From positions 7,176-71,175 of the forward strand of contig JBJENG010000013.1 of NCBI GenBank assembly GCA_051880075.1: a stretch of DNA of 64,000 nt. Reading direction: 5' to 3'. Positions 15,166 to 25,385 of this stretch are shown here, one piece after another (the stretch's first letter is position 1; the number at the start of each line of letters is the position of its first letter). The notes beneath the pieces are model-generated. The model was given only the letters and a program-made list of their open reading frames with translations, had not been told where the DNA came from and did no database searches. A program made the translations under genes and the position numbers. This DNA comes from Blautia sp. (GTDB taxonomy: Bacteria > Bacillota > Clostridia > Lachnospirales > Lachnospiraceae).

Positions 15166-16263
15166 CTATCGTTCATAAATAATATAATTTCGTTTTCTCA
15201 GCTGCTCCGCAGCATTTTTCATAGCATTTTCATCATAAAAGTCAATTTTCAGTACACCTTCATCAAATTCCCGATTATGAATAATTCCGATATTTTTCAG
15301 GCTGATATTATTCATGGAAAGATTCGTTGCAATGGTAGCAATGGCGCCTGTTTCATCTATAATATCGCAATACAGAGAATAGTCCTTTTTGATGGGGCCA
15401 CTTGACATATCATCAAAGGAATCCCGGTAATTTCTGGAATTTGAAAACATATGATAGAGACCGTCTCCGTCTCTTTGATCAATCAGATACTTAGCCTGTA
15501 CGATCAGACGGATAAATTCATCCAGTACTTTTGATATATTCTCCGGATTTTCCAGACAGATCTGCTGCCACATATAGGGCGAGGAAGAAGCGATTCTTGT
15601 AATGTCTTTAAAACCTCCTGCAGCTATGGACTTCATATGTTCATCCGGTGAGTCCAATTTATTTACTAGGTTTACAAGGGATGCTGCAACCACATGAGGA
15701 AGATGGCTGACAGCCGCTGTAATATAATCATGTTCCTCCCAGGTAAGAATCATGGGGAGTGCACCGATAGAGCTGACAAGCTCCGTATATCTGCCGATTT
15801 TATCAAGTCCCGCTTCTTCGGAAGGAGTCAGAATATAATAGGCATTTTCAATGAGATGATCGGAAGAATAGGAATAACCGGTCTTTTCACTTCCTGCCAT
15901 GGGATGCCCTCCGATAAAATAGGAGGCCATGGAAAGCTTTGAGATTTCTTTATGGATTTCTCCTTTCACACTTCCCACATCCGTCAGGATACAACCGGGA
16001 CGGATCAAATCTTTCAGCCACTTCAGACATTCTATATTATAGTCTACAGTAGCACAGAGAAAAATATAGTCACACAATGCAAATTTACTGTCCTTTTCAT
16101 CGCATGCAATATCTACAATCCCGTCAAATATGGCATCCTCCAGTGTCTCTCTGGTCCGGTTATATGCAATAATCTGATAATCCGGATGAAATTTTTTTAT
16201 GGCTTTGGCTATGGAGCCACCGATCAACCCCAGGCCGATAAAGCCAATCGTAGTCGTTTCCAT
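15166..16263 (-). CDS. tyrA: Prephenate dehydrogenase with C-terminal ACT domain
   Basis: GLGLIGGS, TDVGSVK, GGHPMAGSE, SHLPH, DITRIASS. Confidence 0.93.
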   Translation of the reverse strand: METTTIGFIGLGLIGGSIAKAIKKFHPDYQIIAYNRTRETLEDAIFDGIVDIACDEKDSKFALCDYIFLCATVDYNIECLKWLKDLIRPGCILTDVGSVKGEIHKEISKLSMASYFIGGHPMAGSEKTGYSYSSDHLIENAYYILTPSEEAGLDKIGRYTELVSSIGALPMILTWEEHDYITAAVSHLPHVVAASLVNLVNKLDSPDEHMKSIAAGGFKDITRIASSSPYMWQQICLENPENISKVLDEFIRLIVQAKYLIDQRDGDGLYHMFSNSRNYRDSFDDMSSGPIKKDYSLYCDIIDETGAIATIATNLSMNNISLKNIGIIHNREFDEGVLKIDFYDENAMKNAAEQLRKRNYIIYER

Positions 16264-16442
16264 TCGTATCTCCTTCTTCTAAACGGTAATAAAACACAGG
16301 AAAAAACCTGCAAACATTATTATTTTATGACATGTTGCTGTAAATGTCAACGATTTCATACTTTAAAGTATTGAACTGTTAATTTTAACCAAAGGAAACT
16401 AAGAAACGAGCGAAAAATACTTGTTAAACATGAATAAAATAC

Positions 16443-16471
16443 TTGAAATAATTCGATTTTTTTAGTAAAAT
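16443..16471 (+). promoter_or_regulatory. Sigma-A promoter of EF-G paralogue
   Basis: TTGAAA-17-TAAAAT. Confidence 0.6.
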
Positions 16472-16503
16472 ATATACATATTAAATTTTGGGAGGTATTA
16501 CAT

Positions 16504-18591
16504 ATGGACGTTTTTAGAAGTGACAGAATAAGAAATGTGGTCCTGCTCGGTCACGGCGGCGCTGGTAAAACAAGTCTGGTTGAGGCAATGGCTTTTTTAT
16601 CAGGTATTACAAACCGTTTGGGAAAGGTTACAGATGGAAACACAATCAGTGATTATGATAAAGAGGAGATTAAAAGGAAATTCTCAATTACAACATCTGT
16701 AGTTCCGATTGTCTGGGGAAAAGTGAAAATTAATGTATTGGACACACCAGGATATTTCGATTTCGTCGGTGAAGTGGAAGAGGCCGTTGCAGCAGCAGAT
16801 GCCGCCATCATCGTTGTTTCCGGAAAATCCGGTGTACAGGTCGGTACTCAGAAAGCGTGGGAAATGTGCGAAAAATATAATCTTCCACGCATGTTCTTTG
16901 TAACGGAAATGGATGTTGACAATGTAAGTTATCGTAAAGTCGTAGAAGACCTGACTGAATTATACGGTAAAAAGATCGCACCGATTCATATGCCTATTCG
17001 TGAAAATGAACAGTTTGTCGGTTATGTAAATATCGTAAAACAGGCCGGAAGACGATATGTGGAAAGAGGACAGAAAAAAGAATGTCCGGTTCCGGAATAT
17101 CTGGAAGAATACCTGGAAAAATATCATGAAATTCTCATGGAATCCGTTGCGGAAATCAGTGAAGAATTTATGGATCGTTATTTCTCCGGAGAAGAGTTCT
17201 CTGTAGCAGAAGTTTCTGCCGCATTAAAAATGAATATTTCTGAGGGAAGTATTATTCCTGTATGTATGGGATCTACGGTTAATATTCAAGGTGTTGCAAA
17301 CCTTCTGGATGATATCTGTGGATATTTCCCGAGTCCGGATCAGAAAAAATGCGCAGGAATGAATGCAAAAACAAACGGCATTTATGAAGCAGATTATGAT
17401 TTTGCAAAGGCAAAATCTGCTTATGTATTTAAAACGATTGTTGACCCGTTTATTGGAAAATACTCTCTTGTTAAGGTTTGCTCCGGTGTTATCAAAGGTG
17501 ATGACACACTGTACAATGTAGCAAAGGATGCCGAAGAAAAACCAGGTAAACTGTATGTTCTGGAAGGCTCCAAACCAATTGAAGTTCCGGAACTTCATGC
17601 CGGTGACATCGGTGCCATCGCAAAACTGAATACAGTTGTCACAGGGGACACCCTTGCAACAAAAGCCACACCGATTGTCTTTGGAAAAACAGAAATCTCC
17701 ACACCATATACCTGTAAACGTTATAAAACGGTGAATAAAGGAGATGAAGATAAAGTATCTCAGGCGCTCTCCAAAATGATGCAGGAAGATCTTACACTTC
17801 GTGTAGAAAATGATTCTGCAAATCGTCAGACACTGATGTATGGCATTGGGGAACAGCATCTGGACATTGTATGCAGCAAACTGAAAGAACGTTACAAAGT
17901 GGATATTGTTCTTTCTAAACCGAAAGTTCCATTCCGTGAGACACTCCGTAAAAAAGCAGACGTGGATGCAAAATATAAAAAACAGTCCGGTGGTCATGGT
18001 CAGTACGGTCATGTTAAGATGACCTTCGAACCATCCGGAGATCTGGAAACTCCTTATGTATTTGAACAGATTGTAGTTGGCGGTGCAGTACCGAAGAATT
18101 ATTTCCCGGCTGTAGAAAAAGGTATTCAGGAATCCGTTCTGAAAGGACCACTGGCTTCTTATCCGGTAGTCGGTGTAAAAGCAGTTCTTTACGATGGATC
18201 CTATCATCCGGTAGACTCTTCTGAAATGGCATTTAAAACTGCATCTATTCAGGCATTTAAGAAAGGTTTCATGGATGCTTCACCGGTTCTTCTTGAACCA
18301 ATCGTTTCCATGAAAGTGTCTGTTCCTGATAAATACACGGGTGATGTTATGGGTGATCTGAATAAACGTCGCGGCCGTGTACTTGGAATGAATCCGGATG
18401 CTGCACACAAAGGTAACACCGTCATTGAAGCAGATGTTCCGATGTTATCTATTTACGGATATTCCACCGATCTTCGTTCTATGACTGGCGGAAGCGGCAA
18501 CTTCTCTTACGAATTTGCACGTTATGAACAGGCTCCATCTGATATTCAGGAACAGGAAATCAAAGCCCGTCAGGAAGAAACAGAAGCCTGA
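16504..18591 (+). CDS. Elongation factor G paralogue (EF-G II type)
   Basis: GHGGAGKTS, DTPGY, KQSGGHGQY, GSYHPVDSSE; outside the str operon. Confidence 0.92.
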   Translation: MDVFRSDRIRNVVLLGHGGAGKTSLVEAMAFLSGITNRLGKVTDGNTISDYDKEEIKRKFSITTSVVPIVWGKVKINVLDTPGYFDFVGEVEEAVAAADAAIIVVSGKSGVQVGTQKAWEMCEKYNLPRMFFVTEMDVDNVSYRKVVEDLTELYGKKIAPIHMPIRENEQFVGYVNIVKQAGRRYVERGQKKECPVPEYLEEYLEKYHEILMESVAEISEEFMDRYFSGEEFSVAEVSAALKMNISEGSIIPVCMGSTVNIQGVANLLDDICGYFPSPDQKKCAGMNAKTNGIYEADYDFAKAKSAYVFKTIVDPFIGKYSLVKVCSGVIKGDDTLYNVAKDAEEKPGKLYVLEGSKPIEVPELHAGDIGAIAKLNTVVTGDTLATKATPIVFGKTEISTPYTCKRYKTVNKGDEDKVSQALSKMMQEDLTLRVENDSANRQTLMYGIGEQHLDIVCSKLKERYKVDIVLSKPKVPFRETLRKKADVDAKYKKQSGGHGQYGHVKMTFEPSGDLETPYVFEQIVVGGAVPKNYFPAVEKGIQESVLKGPLASYPVVGVKAVLYDGSYHPVDSSEMAFKTASIQAFKKGFMDASPVLLEPIVSMKVSVPDKYTGDVMGDLNKRRGRVLGMNPDAAHKGNTVIEADVPMLSIYGYSTDLRSMTGGSGNFSYEFARYEQAPSDIQEQEIKARQEETEA

Positions 18592-18628
18592 ACAGGAAAT
18601 ATTATGAAAAAGAAAATATAATACACAT

Positions 18629-18670
18629 AAAATACCTTCGGAGACCGGCGAAATCTTCGAGGGTATTTTT
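18629..18670 (+). terminator. Intrinsic terminator
   Basis: aaaataccttcgg...tcgagggtattttt. Confidence 0.7.
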
Positions 18671-18744
18671 GTAGAGTTTTCGGTTGTACCTGGAAATCTT
18701 TCGTGTTAAACTAAAACAATATCAAAAAAGAAAGGAAGATATTT

Positions 18745-20340
18745 ATGAAGAAAAAGATTCTGGCAGGGTTTGCTGTGATTTTACTGGCTTTTCTCTATTA
18801 TTACATCGAATTGCCTGCAATCAACATTCATGAAAGCGGATTCTGGTTCTTTCTGATTGCAGTAGTCCTGACAATCCTGGTTGTTTACATCATAAGAAAG
18901 CGGATTCACATTCATAAAATCGGGGATTTAAAATCAGATAAAATACTGAAAACAGGCGGCATAGTGATTCTTGCCATTTTGATTGTCTATGGAATCGGTA
19001 CCCTTCTTTCCTCGCCTATTATCAACGCCAACAAATATCAGAAACTGGTAACACCGGAGGAAAGAGATTTTACTACTGATATCAAGGAAATCAGTTTTAA
19101 TCAGATCCCTCTTCTGGACAAAGACTCTGCAGTACTTCTTGGAAACCGTAAAATGGGAAGTATGGTGGATATGGTGTCTCAGTTCGAGGTAAGCGACATT
19201 TACTCTCAGATTAATTATCAGGGACAGCCTTACCGTGTAACGCCTCTTGTCTATGCCAATGGAATTAAATGGCTCACGAACCAGAAAAATGGAATTCCTG
19301 CCTATATCCGAATCGATATGGCGACCCAGAATACGGAACTGGTGAAGCTGGAAAAAGGTATCCGCTACTCACAATCCGAATTTTTTAATCGGAATATTTA
19401 CCGGCATCTGCGTTTCCGGTATCCTACTTACATGTTTGATCAGTTAAGCTTTGAAATCAATGATGAAGGGGTTCCCTACTGGATCTGTCCGGTTAAGAAG
19501 TTTAATATTGGATTATTCGGAGGCCAGACCATTGGAAAAGTAGTACTTTGTAACGCCATTACTGGTAAAACAGAAGAATATAAAATTGCAGATTGCCCTC
19601 AATGGGTAGACCGGGCTTATCCTGCGGATCTGCTGATTCAACTTTACAATTATCATGGAACTTTGAAAAATGGATTTTTCAACAGCATCCTTGGACAGAA
19701 AGGCTGTCTGAAGACAACCGAAGGATATAATTATCTGGCACTGAACGATGATGTATGGGTATACACAGGGATCACTTCTGTAAGCGGTGACCGTTCCAAT
19801 GTAGGATTTGTACTTATGAATCAGAGAACTATGGAAACCAGATATTACTCCTGCGCAGGAGCAGAAGAGTACTCAGCTATGGCATCGGCGGAAGGGCAGG
19901 TACAGAATCTGAAATACACAGCAGCTTTTCCTCTGCTTATGAATATTTCTAACGAACCTACTTATTTTATGGCCCTGAAAGACGGCGCCGGTCTGGTTAA
20001 GAAATATGCAATGGTCAATATTCAGAAATACCAGAATGTGGCAATCGGAGATACGGTTGCAGAGTGTGAAAAGGCTTATGTAAAACTCCTGGCTGCCAAC
20101 GGCATTTCTTCCGGAGAAAGCAATGCTGTTTCAAAGAACGTTACCGGAACCATTCAACGCATGGCACAGGCAGTCATTGATGGAAATTCACATTTTTATG
20201 TAGTACTGGAAAACAAAGACCTGATCTTTGATGTACCGGTAGTGGAATATCCTGAAATTGTAGCTTATAAAGAAGGCGATTCTATTACTTTTGCTTATAC
20301 AGAAGGAACACCCACCTGCAGTGTACTTGCACTGGAATAG
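18745..20340 (+). CDS. Conserved membrane protein (three N-terminal TM segments, large soluble domain)
   Basis: 531-aa ORF with hydrophobic N-terminus. Confidence 0.85.
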   Translation: MKKKILAGFAVILLAFLYYYIELPAINIHESGFWFFLIAVVLTILVVYIIRKRIHIHKIGDLKSDKILKTGGIVILAILIVYGIGTLLSSPIINANKYQKLVTPEERDFTTDIKEISFNQIPLLDKDSAVLLGNRKMGSMVDMVSQFEVSDIYSQINYQGQPYRVTPLVYANGIKWLTNQKNGIPAYIRIDMATQNTELVKLEKGIRYSQSEFFNRNIYRHLRFRYPTYMFDQLSFEINDEGVPYWICPVKKFNIGLFGGQTIGKVVLCNAITGKTEEYKIADCPQWVDRAYPADLLIQLYNYHGTLKNGFFNSILGQKGCLKTTEGYNYLALNDDVWVYTGITSVSGDRSNVGFVLMNQRTMETRYYSCAGAEEYSAMASAEGQVQNLKYTAAFPLLMNISNEPTYFMALKDGAGLVKKYAMVNIQKYQNVAIGDTVAECEKAYVKLLAANGISSGESNAVSKNVTGTIQRMAQAVIDGNSHFYVVLENKDLIFDVPVVEYPEIVAYKEGDSITFAYTEGTPTCSVLALE

Positions 20341-20356
20341 GGAAGAAAGATTTCCC

Positions 20357-20385
20357 TTGACAAATTCAGGTGATATAGGTAGAAT
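20357..20385 (+). promoter_or_regulatory. Sigma-A promoter of leuS leader
   Basis: TTGACA-17-TAGAAT. Confidence 0.75.
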
Positions 20386-20418
20386 ACAAATAGTTTATAA
20401 CATATCATAATGAAAGAA

Positions 20419-20676
20419 AAACTATGACAAGGAATAGTAGGAGAATGACCGGTATCCAGAGAGCTGTCGGATGGTGCGAGACAGATACAGGAATCTTTGA
20501 ACTGACCTTTGAGTTCCTTCTCCCAACAAACAGCAAGTCTGTTTCAGTAAGAGCAGGCGGGAGTTCCCGTTACAGAATCAATGAGTGTATCTGTCATAAT
20601 GGCAGATAAATTAGAGTGGTACCACGGAATCCAAGCCCTTTCGTCTCTAAATGATTAGTGACAGAAGGGCTTTTTA
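20419..20676 (+). ncRNA. T-box riboswitch, Leu specifier
   Basis: AGTAG, AGAGA and GGTG-GA stem I motifs; GAA-CTG-A specifier (20502-20504); AGAGTGGTACCACG at 20613-20626; terminator aagccctt...aagggctttt. Confidence 0.92.
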
Positions 20677-20712
20677 GATGTTACCTATAAATTTTGTGGA
20701 GGATTCACAGAG

Positions 20713-23115
20713 ATGAAATACAATTTTAAAATGATTGAACCAAAATGGCAGGCAAAATGGGAAGAAAGCAAAATCTTCGATGCCAAAGACAACAGCGATA
20801 AGCCGAAATTTTACGGTCTGGTAGAATTTCCTTATCCAAGCGGTGCAGGTATGCACGTGGGTCATATCAAAGCGTATTCCAGTCTGGAAGTTATTTCCAG
20901 AAAACGCCGTATGGAAGGATACAATGTACTGTTCCCCATCGGTTTTGACGCATTCGGCCTTCCTACAGAAAACTACGCAGTAAAGACAGGCACCCATCCC
21001 CGTATCATCACAGATGAGAATATCAAAAGATTCTCCAACCAGTTAAAACGTGTGGGATTTTCTTTTGACTGGAGCCGTGTGATTGATACTACAGATGAAG
21101 ATTATTACAAATGGACCCAGTGGATTTTCCTGAAAATGTTTGAAAAAGGACTGGTATTCCGTGACAGAACACTGGTAAATTACTGTCCACATTGTAAAGT
21201 TGTTCTTTCAAACGAAGACAGCCAGGGTGGAAAATGTGATATCTGTCACAGTGATGTTGTCCAGAAATCCAAAGATGTATGGTATCTGCGCATTACCCAG
21301 TATGCGGATAAGCTGCTTGAGGGTCTGAATGAAGTGGATTACCCGGAAAATGTAAAGCAGCAGCAGATCAACTGGATCGGTAAATCAAAAGGTGCTTTTG
21401 TCAACTTTACCATTGACGGAATTGATGAAAAACTGAAGATTTATACAACCAGACCGGACACCCTGTTCGGCGTTACTTTCATGGTAATTGCACCGGAACA
21501 TCCGATCATTGACAAATATGCAGATAAAATTTCAAACATGGATGAAATTCTGGCATACCGCAATGAATGCGCAAAGAAAACAGAATTTGAACGTACTCAG
21601 CTTGTAAAAGACAAGACCGGTGTCTGCATTCAGGGACTGGAAGCAGTAAATCCTGTAAACGGGAAAAAGATTCCTGTTTATATCGCAGATTATGTAATGA
21701 TGGGCTATGGTACCGGAGCAATCATGGCAGTTCCCGCTCATGATCAGCGTGATTATGATTTTGCAAAGAAGTTCGGCATTGACATTATTGAAGTTATCAA
21801 AGGCGGAGATATCGCTAAAGAAGCTTATACCGGTGATGGAGAGATGGTGAATTCCTGTTTCCTGAACGGCTATACCAATAAAAAGGACTCTATTGAACGT
21901 ATGCTGGAAGAGCTGGAGAAAACCGGCGTAGGAGAGGCTGGTGTTCAGTATAAGATGAAAGACTGGGCATTTAACCGTCAGAGATACTGGGGCGAACCGA
22001 TTCCGCTGATTCACTGCCCAAACTGCGGTGTAGTAGCAGTTCCTTATGAAGAACTTCCATTGCGTCTTCCGGATGTAAAAGATTTTGAACCGGGAGAAGA
22101 CGGACAGTCTCCACTGGCCAAGATTGACTCCTTTGTAAATTGTACCTGCCCGAAATGTGGTGCAGCTGCAAAACGCGAAACAGATACTATGCCTCAGTGG
22201 GCAGGATCTTCCTGGTACTTCTTAAGATACATTGATCCGCACAATGATCAGGCGTTGGCTGATCCGGAGAAAATGCAATACTGGATGCCGGTAGACTGGT
22301 ACAATGGCGGTATGGAGCATGTTACCAGACATATGATCTACTCCAGATTCTGGCATCACTTCCTGTATGATCTGGGTGTTGTGAATACTCCGGAACCTTA
22401 TGCAAAACGTTCCATTCAGGGACTGATTCTGGGACCGGACGGAGAAAAGATGAGTAAATCCAAAGGAAACGTAGTCGATCCTCTGGATATCGTAGAAGCA
22501 TATGGTGCTGATACTCTGCGTACTTATGTACTGTTTATGGGTGACTACGGTGCTGCTACACCATGGAATGACAGTTCTGTAAAAGGCTGTAAGAAATTCC
22601 TGGATCGTGTAGCTGCTCTGACCGATTTGATTTCTGATGAACCGGTATCTTCTGAACTGGAAATGAAAATACATCGTACGATCAAAAAAGTGTCTTCCGA
22701 TATTGAAAATCTGAAGTTTAATACAGCTATTGCCAGCCTGATGACACTGATCAACGATATTTCCGCAGAAGGTCATATAAGAAAAGACGAACTGGTAGTC
22801 TTCATTAAATTACTCAGCCCATTTGCTCCGCATCTGTGTGAAGAAATATGGGAAAATCTTGGTGGAGAAGGTTTCCTTGCCGTTTCACCGTGGCCGGAAT
22901 TTGATGAAGCCAAGACCATTGCCAAAACGATAGAAATCGGTGTTCAGGTAAACGGAAAGGTAAGAGGAACTGTTGTAGTTCCTACGGACTGCCAGAAAGA
23001 AGATGCCTTTGCTATTGCGAAAGCAGATGCAAGAATTGCTGCTCTCCTGGAAGGAAAAAATCTTGTAAAAGAAATTTATGTTCCGAACAAAATCATTAAC
23101 TTTGTTGCAAAATAG
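20713..23115 (+). CDS. leuS: Leucyl-tRNA synthetase
   Basis: FPYPSGAGMHVGH, TTRPDT, KMSKS; Leu T-box. Confidence 0.97.
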   Translation: MKYNFKMIEPKWQAKWEESKIFDAKDNSDKPKFYGLVEFPYPSGAGMHVGHIKAYSSLEVISRKRRMEGYNVLFPIGFDAFGLPTENYAVKTGTHPRIITDENIKRFSNQLKRVGFSFDWSRVIDTTDEDYYKWTQWIFLKMFEKGLVFRDRTLVNYCPHCKVVLSNEDSQGGKCDICHSDVVQKSKDVWYLRITQYADKLLEGLNEVDYPENVKQQQINWIGKSKGAFVNFTIDGIDEKLKIYTTRPDTLFGVTFMVIAPEHPIIDKYADKISNMDEILAYRNECAKKTEFERTQLVKDKTGVCIQGLEAVNPVNGKKIPVYIADYVMMGYGTGAIMAVPAHDQRDYDFAKKFGIDIIEVIKGGDIAKEAYTGDGEMVNSCFLNGYTNKKDSIERMLEELEKTGVGEAGVQYKMKDWAFNRQRYWGEPIPLIHCPNCGVVAVPYEELPLRLPDVKDFEPGEDGQSPLAKIDSFVNCTCPKCGAAAKRETDTMPQWAGSSWYFLRYIDPHNDQALADPEKMQYWMPVDWYNGGMEHVTRHMIYSRFWHHFLYDLGVVNTPEPYAKRSIQGLILGPDGEKMSKSKGNVVDPLDIVEAYGADTLRTYVLFMGDYGAATPWNDSSVKGCKKFLDRVAALTDLISDEPVSSELEMKIHRTIKKVSSDIENLKFNTAIASLMTLINDISAEGHIRKDELVVFIKLLSPFAPHLCEEIWENLGGEGFLAVSPWPEFDEAKTIAKTIEIGVQVNGKVRGTVVVPTDCQKEDAFAIAKADARIAALLEGKNLVKEIYVPNKIINFVAK

Positions 23116-23261
23116 AAAAAGGAATTGATAAGCTATGAAAGGGCTGCCGTAAAATCGATGCAATTGAATTTACTGTGGCTCTTTTTTTATCGAACTTGCG
23201 TCAGATATGGTTTATAATAGTATTATAGTTAAGCCAGACGGTAAAGGGGGATGAACGCATA

Positions 23262-23786
23262 ATGAAAATTTATCATTCTGATAAAGAACTGACAATCAGA
23301 AGTATGAGGATAGAGGATGCAAAAGAAATATATGAAACATATTTGTCATATGGCTGGCACCCTTCAATAGAAACATATGTAAATTATTACCAGGAACAGG
23401 AACGGAGACAGAGGATGGTTTTTATTGCAGAATACGAGGGTAAAGTTGCCGGTATCTGCACTCTTGTTCTGAATCCTGCGGAAGGCCCATGGGCCGGTCA
23501 GGGGTATCCTGAAATTGTTGACTTGTCAGTATTTTCCCATATCCATAAGAAAGGAATAGGAAATAAGTTGTTGGATATAGTGGAGAACGAAGCTGCAAAA
23601 ATATCGGATATGGTATATTTGGCGGTTGGCATTCATTCAGGGTATGGAGCGGCACAAAGAATATATGTAAAAAGAGGATATATTCCGGACGGAAATGGGG
23701 TCTGGTATCAGGGGAAAATTCTGGATCAATATGCGCCCTGTTGTAATGATGATGATTTACTGCTTTTTCTGTCTAAGGAACTTTAA
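23262..23786 (+). CDS. GNAT-family acetyltransferase
   Basis: HKKGIGNKLL...AAQRIYVKRGY. Confidence 0.85.
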   Translation: MKIYHSDKELTIRSMRIEDAKEIYETYLSYGWHPSIETYVNYYQEQERRQRMVFIAEYEGKVAGICTLVLNPAEGPWAGQGYPEIVDLSVFSHIHKKGIGNKLLDIVENEAAKISDMVYLAVGIHSGYGAAQRIYVKRGYIPDGNGVWYQGKILDQYAPCCNDDDLLLFLSKEL

Positions 23787-23836
23787 TAAACAGTAACAAC
23801 ATTTTAAAACTAATGTTAAAATAATAGGAGATAAGG

Positions 23837-25336
23837 ATGGAACAAAATTTATACCGCAAAACACCTCTGATGGGGTGGGCGTCCTGGAATTGTTTCCGAA
23901 CAAATGTAAATGAAGCACGTATCAAAGAACAGATGGATGCTCTGGTAGATACAGGTCTGGCAGAGTGTGGATATGTATACGCCAACCTGGATGACGGTTT
24001 TTTCGGAGGAAGAGAAGCAGGTGGAAGATTACAAATACATAAAGAGCGTTTTCCAAATGGTATCAAGGTTCTGGCAGATTACGCCCATGAAAAAGGGCTG
24101 AAAGCCGGGATTTATTCAGAGGGAGGCGATAAAACCTGTGGATTTTATTATGACAATGAAGGAGCCAATGGTACAGACGCAGGTCTTTATAGTCATGAGG
24201 AAGAGGATCTGAATATGTTTCTTGATGAATTCGGATTCGATTTCATCAAGGTTGACTGGTGCGGAGGCGTCCGTCTGGGACTGGACGAAGAGACCCAATA
24301 TACAAAAATAGGAAAAATCATTGACGAAATCCGCCACCGTACCAACCGATGTCTTGTATACAATATCTGCCGCTGGCAGTTTCCGGGACCCTGGGCAGCA
24401 AAGGTTGCCGATTCATGGAGAACCGGCGCCGATATTACCCCTGATTTTGACTCGGTTATGCTCCAGATCGACAATATCAAACATCTGGCCAGATATTGCA
24501 GCCCCGGACATGTGAATGACCTTGATATGATGCAGATTGGAAATGGTCTGAGTCCGGAAGAAGAAAAAACCCATTTTGCCATGTGGTGTATGATGTCCAC
24601 ACCTTTGATGCTTGGATGTGATCTTACAAAGATTTCTCCGGAAACGCTGGAAATTGTGAAAAATAAAGAATTGATAGCCATCAATCAGGATCCGGCCTGT
24701 CTGCAGGCTTATCCGATCCGGGAAATCCGTTTGGAAAATGGAGGTCTGTCAGGAGAAATCTGGATTAAAAATCTTGGTAAACAGCATTCCAACAAAAAAG
24801 CCCTTGCCTTTTTAAATCGTTCCCAAAAACCATTGCATATGAGATTGAAATGGACGGAGGCCGGACTGACCGGAAAGATTTTAAGCGTTCGGAATTTGTG
24901 GAAACATGAAGAATATCCCTGCACCGAGGAGATCGATCTGATTGTAGCACCTCATACCGCTGAAATTTTCAAAGTCTGCAGTGAAGATTCACAGGAAGTG
25001 GCAAATCCCTGGGACAAAGGGGAAGTGGAATCAAAACCTCTCGAAAAAATCAGTTTCGAAAAGGCTGAGATACTGATAAAAGGAGGGGCAGTTCTTGTGG
25101 ATGTTCGAAGTGAAGAAGAGTACCGGAAAGGACATCTGGAAGGTGCCATGAATCTGCCTTATTCTGATATCCATGGAATTTGCAGACGATATTTAAAAGA
25201 TAAAAGTCAACCGGTGATTCTTTACTGCACAACAGGGAAACGCAGTAATCAGGCAAAAAACAGTTTGGAATGTCTGGGCTATCAGGCAATTTATTTTCTG
25301 GGCGGTGTAGAAGCAGAAAAACTGAAATATAGATAA
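23837..25336 (+). CDS. GH27 alpha-galactosidase fused to a C-terminal rhodanese domain
   Basis: TPLMGWASWN, NLDDG, FIKVDWC, WRTGADI, DLDMM; C-terminal LVDVRSEEEY..GHLEGA..YCTTGKRS. Confidence 0.88.
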   Translation: MEQNLYRKTPLMGWASWNCFRTNVNEARIKEQMDALVDTGLAECGYVYANLDDGFFGGREAGGRLQIHKERFPNGIKVLADYAHEKGLKAGIYSEGGDKTCGFYYDNEGANGTDAGLYSHEEEDLNMFLDEFGFDFIKVDWCGGVRLGLDEETQYTKIGKIIDEIRHRTNRCLVYNICRWQFPGPWAAKVADSWRTGADITPDFDSVMLQIDNIKHLARYCSPGHVNDLDMMQIGNGLSPEEEKTHFAMWCMMSTPLMLGCDLTKISPETLEIVKNKELIAINQDPACLQAYPIREIRLENGGLSGEIWIKNLGKQHSNKKALAFLNRSQKPLHMRLKWTEAGLTGKILSVRNLWKHEEYPCTEEIDLIVAPHTAEIFKVCSEDSQEVANPWDKGEVESKPLEKISFEKAEILIKGGAVLVDVRSEEEYRKGHLEGAMNLPYSDIHGICRRYLKDKSQPVILYCTTGKRSNQAKNSLECLGYQAIYFLGGVEAEKLKYR

Positions 25337-25340
25337 GCAG

Positions 25341-25372
25341 AAAAGCCATGGGAAACGATTTCCATGGCTTTT
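25341..25372. terminator. Bidirectional terminator
   Basis: aaaagccatgg...ccatggctttt. Confidence 0.75.
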
Positions 25373-25385
25373 GTTTCAGAAGTTT

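Noticed and set aside
17224-18207. Long antisense ORFs (also 28105-28911, 37034-37765, 47481-48218, 49980-50783, 52630-53550)
   Set aside because: Shadows of well-conserved genes on the other strand; no RBS or recognisable motifs
20424-20609. 61-aa ORF upstream of leuS
   Set aside because: Coincides with the T-box leader RNA
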